DNA from: a virus
Taxonomy: Duplodnaviria; Heunggongvirae; Uroviricota; Caudoviricetes
Reading direction: 5' to 3' (one strand)
IMG/VR virus record: IMGVR_UViG_3300031951_000044
Length of the DNA: 52,057 nucleotides
The number at the start of each line of letters is the position of its first letter. The first letter of the stretch is position 1. Below are positions 43,887 to 52,057 of this stretch, one piece after another. The position numbers and the translations under genes were made by a program. Below the pieces are notes generated by a model. The model ran no database searches. It was not told the DNA's origin and saw only the letters and a program-made list of their open reading frames with translations.

Positions 43887-46838
43887 TTATTTTATTGGAC
43901 AAGCACCGGTATCACAATCCATAATTGTAAACTCATCTTCTTTAACCTCAATAGATGTTATTTGTTTAATATTTTTTATCATATCATCATATTGTTCTTT
44001 TGTTATTGTTTCATATGGTGCTTGATCAAAACCATGTCCATAATATAGAAGGAATGATACAGTTTTTATTTCATGTTTAAAATGTTCACGTAAGTAATTT
44101 TTAATATCATCAATATCTTCTTTTTTATAATAAACAGTGCAGCTAACCGAATTATCCGACCATTCAGCTTGCATTCTTCTTACCATATCTAATTGTTCTT
44201 TCCAAGTATAATTTGATGCTACAGGTGTTTCATCCGGAAGTTTACATGGGAAAGATATTACCATTGTGGTTTTGTCCTCAGTACCATCATAATTTCTTTG
44301 GTATTCTATTGGAAATCCATGTTTCCTACATACATCAATTAATGTAGATTGTGATGAAATTCTAATTCTTCTAATATAATACGGTCCAGCAGGATTTGGA
44401 TGTACTCCCGGTGTTACTCCTGCTAAAAGCGAAAGTGTACCGGATGGCTTAATAGTGGTAAGTTTTATACTATTTGGAAAACCATGTTTTTTTGAATATT
44501 CCACATCATATTTTCTTAACCATTCATATGCAGAACTTAACCAAGACCTTTGTTCTTCGGTTGCCTGTAAAACACCGGTCATTCCAATACCCATTCTCAT
44601 ATTTCGATTAACAATTTCTTCAGTTTCTTTTAAAGAACATTTTAATGCCAATGAGTGTTTATTCATTCTATAAGCATATGTTAAGGCTTCCAATAATTGA
44701 TCATATGTTTCAATGTTTGGTAGATAAACTTCAGCTAGACAACAGGTCTCAAAATTAGCTAATGATTGTTCTGCACAATTATGTGTTACAACCCCAGTAT
44801 CATAAAATGCGTGTGTTTCATCATTGACAGTTATATCATAAACATCCTCTACCGAATATTCTGGTTCGATATCGATTACTGTAACATAATCTTTGTATCT
44901 ATAAATCGGTTTAATTTCATGTTTTTCTAATAACTCATTTTTAAATTTAGATAAAAACCCAATCTGTTTAAATTGACCAGCATATACATTAATTTTAAAA
45001 CATGTGGAATTATTTCTCATTTTTCCATCTTTTCCAACATAAACTCGACCATTATTATGTGTTGTTATTGTATTATGAATACCAAATTCGTTTAAAATTG
45101 TCGAAACAACTTCCAAAATATTTCTATTAACAGAATAAAGTTCAACATTATTCATTTTTCTAACTGAGCCGTCAGCGGTGAAAATAGCTCGAATAAAACC
45201 AAGTTTAAATGATTTAGATTTTCCATACAACCATTTTAAGTCCATTTTATTAGTTGGCATTCCAATATCAGATAATGATTTTGATAAATCATTTCTATGC
45301 GATGAAAAATATAAACATGTGTTTGGTTTTTGTTCATGAGGTTTTGTCTTTACATTTAACATTTGTTCAAAATAAGAAACGACATCCATTTCATTAATAC
45401 CAAAACACATACCGACCGTATAACCAACATTATCTAATCGTTTACTATACCATCCATCACCCTGAACCCATCCCGCGAAAGTACCTAATTTATAATCTTC
45501 TTCATTATCTATATCAAAAGACGTATATATTGGTTTATTTTCCCACTTTAATTGATTACCAATTTCTAATTTATCCATTCTAACCCAATTACCATCTCTA
45601 TCCATATGAAGATGATTATCGGTACCATATAGATAAGAACCATTAGACAATAAAATTCTATTCACAACCCTATTTTCCCCTGTTTTAAATGGTTTTGTTG
45701 CTTTTTTCCACTGACCATCAATTCCTAAAACGGTAAGCTCATCCTCATTAAGTGCTTGTTCAAACGTAATATATCCCTTATTTGTTAAAATAAGCGAATT
45801 TAAGGGTTTGCAAGGATTAAATCCTTCAACTTCAGGGTCCGGATATTGATTTTCTCCAGTTCTACCAACACTTCTAGCTAATTCTAAATTAATCAATCCA
45901 TATGGTTCGCCTTGGTTATAAGTATCCCAAAATTCTTTAGGTAAATCATCAATATTTTCTGGCGCAACGATTGAATTATTACTCATCGCTCTCCAGTTTG
46001 GAATTTTATATAAATCCCATCTTTTTGCTTTTAAAAATTCAATATCATCAAAATCACCAATTGCGATTTGTGCCGATCTTCGGACGTTTCCGGCGACCAC
46101 AATATTACCGATAATATTCATAATATCAAGACAATCAATAGGTCTTAATTTTTTATTTGAGCGTGAATTTAATATTTTGTTAATTTCACTTATACCCCAA
46201 CATAAATCTTCGGGTCCAGATGCGGTTCCCCCGAACCCTTTTATTACCGCACCTTTAGACCTAATACAAACAGTAGAATATGTAAAACCCTCACCACCAT
46301 AAAAATGTGCTTTAAGTACTTTACCCAAAAGTTTAACCCACCCTTCTCTGCTATCCGGAACAATAAAATCCGCATCATTTGTGTCTTTTCTTTCAATTTT
46401 AATTTTATTTTTCAACTTTGGTAATTGATACACATTATGTTTTTGAATATTGTAACCAACACCGCTACCTAACATTAACATTTCAAAACACCAAGTAAAT
46501 GGTCTTATTGGTGAATTAACAACGGTAAAAGCACAGTTTTGTAAAGATGGTAAACCTAATCTATCAACCGTTTTAGTCCCCAATTGCCACATAAATCTAC
46601 CAGCAGTTGAAAACTTAAGGTTCATGCGTAATTCCGCATATCTTTTTTTCTCGTCTTCTGTAAACCCAACATTTAATTGTTTTTCTGATGCCTCTAATTC
46701 TCTTTCAATTACTTGCCAAAACTCTTCAGTTTTTGACAAAGGGTCATCTTCTTTTAATCTTCTAGCGTATGTTCTCTTAAATGTTATATAACCAATTTCA
46801 CCCCAAGGCGGGGTAATTTCTTTAAATTTACTGTCCAT
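43887..46838 (-). CDS. nrdJ: Class II (adenosylcobalamin-dependent, RTPR-type) ribonucleotide reductase containing an intein
   Basis: LQNCAF, VVAGNVRRSAQI, GEPYGL, NP[intein]CAEQSL..FETCCLAE, TTIKPSGTLSLL, C-terminal CDTGACPIK cysteine pair. Confidence 0.92.
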   Translation of the reverse strand: MDSKFKEITPPWGEIGYITFKRTYARRLKEDDPLSKTEEFWQVIERELEASEKQLNVGFTEDEKKRYAELRMNLKFSTAGRFMWQLGTKTVDRLGLPSLQNCAFTVVNSPIRPFTWCFEMLMLGSGVGYNIQKHNVYQLPKLKNKIKIERKDTNDADFIVPDSREGWVKLLGKVLKAHFYGGEGFTYSTVCIRSKGAVIKGFGGTASGPEDLCWGISEINKILNSRSNKKLRPIDCLDIMNIIGNIVVAGNVRRSAQIAIGDFDDIEFLKAKRWDLYKIPNWRAMSNNSIVAPENIDDLPKEFWDTYNQGEPYGLINLELARSVGRTGENQYPDPEVEGFNPCKPLNSLILTNKGYITFEQALNEDELTVLGIDGQWKKATKPFKTGENRVVNRILLSNGSYLYGTDNHLHMDRDGNWVRMDKLEIGNQLKWENKPIYTSFDIDNEEDYKLGTFAGWVQGDGWYSKRLDNVGYTVGMCFGINEMDVVSYFEQMLNVKTKPHEQKPNTCLYFSSHRNDLSKSLSDIGMPTNKMDLKWLYGKSKSFKLGFIRAIFTADGSVRKMNNVELYSVNRNILEVVSTILNEFGIHNTITTHNNGRVYVGKDGKMRNNSTCFKINVYAGQFKQIGFLSKFKNELLEKHEIKPIYRYKDYVTVIDIEPEYSVEDVYDITVNDETHAFYDTGVVTHNCAEQSLANFETCCLAEVYLPNIETYDQLLEALTYAYRMNKHSLALKCSLKETEEIVNRNMRMGIGMTGVLQATEEQRSWLSSAYEWLRKYDVEYSKKHGFPNSIKLTTIKPSGTLSLLAGVTPGVHPNPAGPYYIRRIRISSQSTLIDVCRKHGFPIEYQRNYDGTEDKTTMVISFPCKLPDETPVASNYTWKEQLDMVRRMQAEWSDNSVSCTVYYKKEDIDDIKNYLREHFKHEIKTVSFLLYYGHGFDQAPYETITKEQYDDMIKNIKQITSIEVKEDEFTIMDCDTGACPIK
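44778..45812 (-). mobile_element. Intein with LAGLIDADG homing endonuclease in RNR (345 aa)
   Basis: Starts CKPLNSLILT, ends VVTHN before +1 Cys; LAGLIDADG motifs FAGWVQGDGW and FIRAIFTADGSV. Confidence 0.92.
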
Positions 46839-46856
46839 TTTATTATATATTTTTTA

Positions 46857-49307
46857 TTAATTTATTGTTGTTCTTTTTTTATTAGATTGTAATTCACCTA
46901 ATCGTTTTTTTGCATTCATTTCATTAATTTCTTCAACCTCTTTTTCATGACCTAATAATGTTTTTGATTCCTCTGTATCAATAATAAGCATTTCATTGTC
47001 AAATTTGCAGTTTGCAAACACCACACCATCAGAACCAATTCTTGATTTTGTAATTGCAATTGTCGCAAGTTTTTGGTCTTTTTGTTCAAGAGATTTAGCA
47101 ATTGATATGATAACGTGACCAACTTGTGCTTTTTTAATGCTACCACCCATTTGGTCAGTTGTTACAACATCTGCTGAAATACTGGATCGATTACCTTGGG
47201 TCGCGGTCCATCCAACAATATCCAATTCATGACACATTGCTTCAAATGCTCTGATAACCGAACCCTCACCCTTCCATTCATCACCATTGAATTTTTCTGG
47301 TAATACACAATCGATATAATCCAAGCAAATTAAATCAATCTTAACGCCCTCAGAAATTATTTTTCTTACCTGATTTTTAATGTTTGACATGGTTAATGAT
47401 TCTGAAGGTAACTTCTTTAGAATCAATTTATTGGGTAAGGTACTTCTCAACTCTTTAACCGTTTCCAAAACTTCTTCCTTATTTGCGGTCAAATCATCGG
47501 GTTTAATTCCGGTCCACATCGTAAAATGCTTGCGCTGAATGATTTTTGGATTGTCTTCAAAGAAGATTTGAAGGACATTGAAACCCAAATTATATGCGTG
47601 ATTTGCAATTTTTGTCATTACGGTTGTATTATGTGTTAACACATAATCTCTAGTAACATATAATTCATCAGGATTTGATACTTTTATGCAAACAGCTTCT
47701 TCATCGTGAGAATAGTTTATTGATTTAATATATTTTTGTTCAATATATTTTTTTCTTTTTACGAACCTATTTACTTTTCTTAACAACTTAAACGGAACAA
47801 TATTATTTGCAAACGATATTGTTACAGTATAAGCCATTTTACCATCCTTTACCTCACCTTTATACTTATATTTAGGTATTTTTGTTTTAATTTTAGCTGT
47901 ACCACCTAAAGAAAGAACAATTTCTCTAACATCTTTTGCTAATTGTTCTGAAACAGTTGTAAATTGACAACAACCTCTTTTATCCGCATAACCATCAGTA
48001 TCCATTAATCCTCTCAATAATTCAAGTCTATTATTTACTGAATTAAAAATATAATCTTTCGGTATAAACTTTTGGTCAGATTTCATACCAAGTAAACCAT
48101 AATGAGTTAAATGAGGTTTAATAACATTTTTAATGCGAACAACTTTAATTGTTTTAGTGTCCCTATGGTATTCAGAAAATGATGTGTGTAGATTTAAATT
48201 AGAAATATTATCAAATATTTCATCATCTTTAGTACTTAAAGTAATACTATCTTTTGCAGATAAATAACCATCCCCCAATAAAATACCCAATAAATAAGGA
48301 TTAATTAATATATCTTTTTCGTTAAAATTAATAGGATTAACAATAGGTAGTCTATAATTATATCTACCTCGTTTTTTTATATCAACTAACATATCGCTAG
48401 TTTTAATCACTTTATACCCATAATTCGGAGCATAGTTATTCACATTTTTTATGCGTGTTTTTCTTGTACGCATGTTTAATGTATTAACATACCATAAATG
48501 TTCTGCATCACAAAAAGTATGTGTATCATCAGTAAATTCAATTTTATAAATTGGACGTTGACCTTGCGGATAAACGCCAATCACATATTGTTCATTACCA
48601 TCGGAACCAATTATTTTATCACCAAGTTTAATATTTCCTATTTCGGTCCAACCTGTTGGTGTTAAAATTGGTTCACTAACATTTTGGGCTTTGCCCACCC
48701 CTGTCGGGGCGAGAATAACACCAATTTCACCCCTCGCTAAACCACCCTTTAAGAGCTTATCAATACCCTTAATACCCATCGCAATCGGATGTCTGAAATC
48801 CTCACTTAAAACGCCCTCAGTATCGTCAAAAACATCTATCTGACCCTTATCCAATTCACCAACCTGAAGTGCGTTCCTAACCAAAGATTCAACTTGGTCA
48901 TAATTTTCAAATTCACCACCATCGATAATTTTTTGTGCTTTAGTCATTACTTTTTTCAGTTCTTGTTGTTTACAAAACTTTAAAGCTTTTTCTTGTACAA
49001 ACTCAGCACCGTCAGTTGACACATTTTTTATTGATTCCAAGGTATCAATTGCAACCTTTACAAGAAAATCCTGTGCTAACTCAGATTTAATAATTTGTTT
49101 TAAAGTTGTAAATGAAGGAATTTCATTATATTTTCCATAATGTTCCTTAATAAATTGAACAACAATTTTAAAATACTTATTCTCGAAATAAGAGACTTCC
49201 ATAACGTCAATAATTGATGAGCCGAATATTTTGTCAATGATAATTTGGTTAATCAATTGAAGCTGAAATGTTTGTCCGAGATACTCGAAATTTTTATCTT
49301 TACCCAT
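46857..49307 (-). CDS. dnaB: Replicative SF4 (DnaB/T4 gp41-type) helicase containing an intein
   Basis: Walker A ILAPTGVGK[intein]TT; IFFED; Walker B LICLDYID; WTATQGNR. Confidence 0.9.
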   Translation of the reverse strand: MGKDKNFEYLGQTFQLQLINQIIIDKIFGSSIIDVMEVSYFENKYFKIVVQFIKEHYGKYNEIPSFTTLKQIIKSELAQDFLVKVAIDTLESIKNVSTDGAEFVQEKALKFCKQQELKKVMTKAQKIIDGGEFENYDQVESLVRNALQVGELDKGQIDVFDDTEGVLSEDFRHPIAMGIKGIDKLLKGGLARGEIGVILAPTGVGKAQNVSEPILTPTGWTEIGNIKLGDKIIGSDGNEQYVIGVYPQGQRPIYKIEFTDDTHTFCDAEHLWYVNTLNMRTRKTRIKNVNNYAPNYGYKVIKTSDMLVDIKKRGRYNYRLPIVNPINFNEKDILINPYLLGILLGDGYLSAKDSITLSTKDDEIFDNISNLNLHTSFSEYHRDTKTIKVVRIKNVIKPHLTHYGLLGMKSDQKFIPKDYIFNSVNNRLELLRGLMDTDGYADKRGCCQFTTVSEQLAKDVREIVLSLGGTAKIKTKIPKYKYKGEVKDGKMAYTVTISFANNIVPFKLLRKVNRFVKRKKYIEQKYIKSINYSHDEEAVCIKVSNPDELYVTRDYVLTHNTTVMTKIANHAYNLGFNVLQIFFEDNPKIIQRKHFTMWTGIKPDDLTANKEEVLETVKELRSTLPNKLILKKLPSESLTMSNIKNQVRKIISEGVKIDLICLDYIDCVLPEKFNGDEWKGEGSVIRAFEAMCHELDIVGWTATQGNRSSISADVVTTDQMGGSIKKAQVGHVIISIAKSLEQKDQKLATIAITKSRIGSDGVVFANCKFDNEMLIIDTEESKTLLGHEKEVEEINEMNAKKRLGELQSNKKRTTIN
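47628..48689 (-). mobile_element. Class 3 (Ala1, WCT-triplet) intein with LAGLIDADG endonuclease in the helicase P-loop (354 aa)
   Basis: Starts AQNV; block B DAEHLW, block F AVCIKV, block G VLTHN; LAGLIDADG motifs LLGILLGDGY and LLRGLMDTDG. Confidence 0.88.
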
Positions 49308-49343
49308 GTGTGTTTGTTAGTTTGTATCTTCTAAATACTATGA

Positions 49344-49790
49344 TTATAGGATAATTCCAAGGTACTCGTTATTAAAATTTTTCTCAGAAAAAATGTCAGT
49401 TAAATTTCTTAAGACGTTTTTTGCTTCTGGTCGTACATCCATCGTATATCTAACCTTCGGAGGATATACTTTAGCATCAAATACTCTGTGACAAATTGTC
49501 TCATCATTTATCTTAACATAGATGTTAAATGTTTCGGGACCATCGGTATTTGAAGTTTCCATAATTTGAGGGTTCTCCTCAATCTCATAATAATTATCCA
49601 ACATATATGTTACCGTCTTAATTTTTAACTTCCTCTGAAGCAGTTCTGCGACATCTTTAATATATTCATATAATTCCATAGAACGTCTTGCTTGGGGATT
49701 ATAATCTTTAACATTAAAATATCTCTGAATTACAACGTTGTTATTAAGTTTAATTAAAAACTCCATTTTTGTTAAATCTTGCTCTTTCAT
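49344..49790 (-). CDS. Hypothetical protein
   Basis: 148 aa ORF between helicase and exonuclease. Confidence 0.65.
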   Translation of the reverse strand: MKEQDLTKMEFLIKLNNNVVIQRYFNVKDYNPQARRSMELYEYIKDVAELLQRKLKIKTVTYMLDNYYEIEENPQIMETSNTDGPETFNIYVKINDETICHRVFDAKVYPPKVRYTMDVRPEAKNVLRNLTDIFSEKNFNNEYLGIIL

Positions 49791-49805
49791 TTTTTTATAT
49801 TGTTT

Positions 49806-50801
49806 TTAGTTATTAAAATTTCGTTTTTCTTTTCTGGTTAGCTTTAAAAATGGTCGAATAAAATCAACCCAATCATTATTATATTTTGGTAAGAATTTGA
49901 AGAAACCGTCCTCATTCATCATTTTAATGAATCCCTTATAACCCCTACCATCAGGGTCTAAAGATTCATGACAATAAAGTTCAACAATTTTTTTTGCTTC
50001 CTCTGATATGAGGGGGTTTGTGAGATTAATAATCTTGTCATTTCTTTCGAAGAACTCATCTCCGTGCTCACCATCTTTCGTCTTCCCACTTAAAATATTT
50101 TTTAAAACGTTACTATTACTTTCCTTAACCAAGTCTTTTGACTTATTCAAAATATCGGAATAACTTACCGGTTTATCAAGTATCTCAGGAAAAAAAGTTA
50201 TAAGATTCTTCTCACCCAATCGATAAATTCCGTCAATGTTATCTGACTTATCACCAATTAGAATTTTATATGTTGTTAAATTATAATGAGGAATTATACA
50301 ATCTTTTAATTTGATTTTGTCACCAAATTTATATGTTGTTTTTGTATTTGGTGAATAAACTGAAACATCTTTATTTATTAATTGAATTAAATCTCTATCC
50401 GCTGAAAATATTATTTTATTTTCATCTGGTGAGATTTGACAATAATACGCAATTAAATCATCGGATTCGGTTTCAGGAAATTCAATTTGTCGAACGAATA
50501 TTTCTTCAAGATATTGTTTGATTCTAATTCTTTGATATAGATAAGATTCTAGTTCATAATCCTCCATTGGAGTTTTTCTGGTTTCCTTATATTTTGAATA
50601 AATTCTTTTTCTGGTAATTGAATTATTTTCACCATCCCAAAACACAACAACCTTATCGTAATTTTCTGACTCCAATAATTTTTTTATTGTATTAATGAAA
50701 TGAAAAATTGCTCCAACATGTTTTCCTTTATGTAAGTAATTTATTGCATGATAACCAATCTTAAAGAGATTATCACCATCAATTAATAAAGTTTTTGTCA
50801 T
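49806..50801 (-). CDS. 5'-3' exonuclease / flap endonuclease (T4 RNase H, PolI N-terminal-like)
   Basis: LLIDGDN, VVFWDG, ESDDLIA, SADRDLIQL, LIGDKSDNIDGI..LGEK. Confidence 0.9.
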   Translation of the reverse strand: MTKTLLIDGDNLFKIGYHAINYLHKGKHVGAIFHFINTIKKLLESENYDKVVVFWDGENNSITRKRIYSKYKETRKTPMEDYELESYLYQRIRIKQYLEEIFVRQIEFPETESDDLIAYYCQISPDENKIIFSADRDLIQLINKDVSVYSPNTKTTYKFGDKIKLKDCIIPHYNLTTYKILIGDKSDNIDGIYRLGEKNLITFFPEILDKPVSYSDILNKSKDLVKESNSNVLKNILSGKTKDGEHGDEFFERNDKIINLTNPLISEEAKKIVELYCHESLDPDGRGYKGFIKMMNEDGFFKFLPKYNNDWVDFIRPFLKLTRKEKRNFNN

Positions 50802-50809
50802 TAATAAAA

Positions 50810-51253
50810 TTAATTAAATTCAACAAATTCACCTTCTTCATTTACACTAAACTTATAATGAATATCTGGTTGCTTTTCTTTAGTTAAATTTATTTGAATT
50901 TCAGACATTTCATTTGTTGGTGTATTTAAATCAACGGGGACGCTTTTTAAAATTTCATACTTCATATTATTCCCAAAATAAATAAATTCAACATCACAAT
51001 CCGGATGTGAGGGTTTTTTTAGTGTAAGAAGTTTTGTATTCGGTTTCGAATTAAAAATTTTATCTAGAAGATTGATTTTTTCATTTTCATCATTAAAAAA
51101 TCCCCAACCAAACCATTTTTTATTTGGTTTTTCCAACTCTTTTTCATAAAACTTAATTGCTTTATTTTTAATAATAATTAAATGAGGTGGTTCAAAATTA
51201 TCTTTAAATAACTTATTATATTGAACCATAATAGATGTTCCGAAAGTATTCAT
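50810..51253 (-). CDS. Hypothetical protein
   Basis: 147 aa ORF tiling between neighbours. Confidence 0.55.
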   Translation of the reverse strand: MNTFGTSIMVQYNKLFKDNFEPPHLIIIKNKAIKFYEKELEKPNKKWFGWGFFNDENEKINLLDKIFNSKPNTKLLTLKKPSHPDCDVEFIYFGNNMKYEILKSVPVDLNTPTNEMSEIQINLTKEKQPDIHYKFSVNEEGEFVEFN

Positions 51254-51282
51254 TGTTTTATATTTTTGCTAAAATATAACAA

Positions 51283-51831
51283 TCAAAACTCATCAAGTCC
51301 AAATCTATCTTTAAATTCTTTTCTTTCTCTTTCAACTCTTTGTTGATATTTAACAAATTCATCGTCGATTTTTTCATAAGACAAAGGATAGACATTAGCT
51401 AGAGGTATAACTCTGCTTTCATAATTACCACCACCAAGTGCTTTATCGCTTGGTTCAAAACGTTTAAATTTAACACTAACATAGGGAATGTCATCAAAAT
51501 ACTGTATAGAGGGAAGTAAATACCCCTCTTCACCCGCAAACTCTTCTGAAAATTTACTTTTAACCGCTTGTTCCTTTAAATCCTTTATCTTAACCTTTAT
51601 TTCAAGCATTCCAAATGTATTACCCTTTTCTTCATAAATTCTTGATAACATTAATCGTTTTAGCTTTTGTGTGTCACCACTTCTTCCAAGCAACGTTAAT
51701 TTATCAATTTCACGTAATCTATTAAAATCACCAATTTTTGATAAATTATCAAGCGCAATGTCTTGATATTCATCTTTTTGCTCATTGGTATATTCCAATA
51801 ATATTTTTTTTATTAGTCGTCTTTGATTCAT
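51283..51831 (-). CDS. Hypothetical protein with leader-like N-terminus
   Basis: 182 aa; MNQRRLIKKILLEY; ATATTTAT motif 24 nt upstream. Confidence 0.6.
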   Translation of the reverse strand: MNQRRLIKKILLEYTNEQKDEYQDIALDNLSKIGDFNRLREIDKLTLLGRSGDTQKLKRLMLSRIYEEKGNTFGMLEIKVKIKDLKEQAVKSKFSEEFAGEEGYLLPSIQYFDDIPYVSVKFKRFEPSDKALGGGNYESRVIPLANVYPLSYEKIDDEFVKYQQRVERERKEFKDRFGLDEF

Positions 51832-51906
51832 GACTTGGGGTGTCTATTTAAACCATAAATATCATATGAATCTTGTTTATTAAAGACGTGCTTTTTACTT
51901 TTAATG

Positions 51907-51959
51907 ATATTTATGGTTATGAAAAAGATTAAATTAACAGAATCAGATTTATATAGGAT
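51907..51959 (+). repeat. 53-bp dispersed exact repeat, copy 2
   Basis: Identical to 42694..42746. Confidence 0.9.
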
Positions 51960-52057
51960 AATTAAACAAGTTCTTTTTGAACAGGAGGAAGAAAAGAGAA
52001 GTTTTACATTTTCTCCGGGAGCATTTGCATCTTTTATAACATCATCATCAGGTGAAA
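51919..52057 (+). CDS. Paralogue of the LRR-gene leader (partial, runs off right edge)
   Basis: Hand translation: MKKIKLTESDLYRIIKQVLFEQEEEKRSFTFSPGAFASFITSSSGE... Confidence 0.75.
   Translation, partial: MKKIKLTESDLYRIIKQVLFEQEEEKRSFTFSPGAFASFITSSSGE

Noticed and set aside
1-52057. Alternative genetic code (stop-codon reassignment)
   Set aside because: Standard-code ORFs tile the window almost without gaps, and known enzymes are full length

Overview
An AT-rich, densely coded 52-kb segment of a large tailed (contractile-tail, jumbo/huge-type) dsDNA bacteriophage genome, almost all on the minus strand. The left end has DNA metabolism genes (Mre11/SbcD-like phosphoesterase, PD-(D/E)XK nuclease, primase, RuvC-like resolvase). 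A ~37-kb virion module follows (5.9-42.6 kb): gp25- and gp6-like baseplate wedge genes, a P2 gpI-like wedge protein, two tandem tail-collar-like paralogues, SprB-repeat, RCC1-repeat and Gly-rich repeat fibre/adhesin proteins. The right end has a class II ribonucleotide reductase and a DnaB-type helicase, each with a LAGLIDADG intein, plus a 5'-3' exonuclease. Two signals stand out. (1) A three-gene glycosyltransferase/sulfotransferase cassette (GT9-like, PAPS sulfotransferase, GT-A enzyme resembling plant GT95/GT96 protein O-glycosyltransferases) sits inside the fibre genes, whose products carry mucin-like Thr/Pro linkers and many [S/T]-G-x-T motifs; this suggests a phage-encoded virion protein glycosylation/sulfation system. 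(2) A plus-strand LRR gene varies mainly at the ligand-facing repeat positions, shares an identical 53-bp promoter+leader with a second dispersed gene, and shares an N-terminal leader with several unrelated proteins; this suggests a family of leader-targeted effectors. Missing Shine-Dalgarno sites and SprB repeats point to a Bacteroidota host (inference). No tRNA, rRNA or CRISPR array was recognised. All calls are from motif reading by eye; no database search was run.
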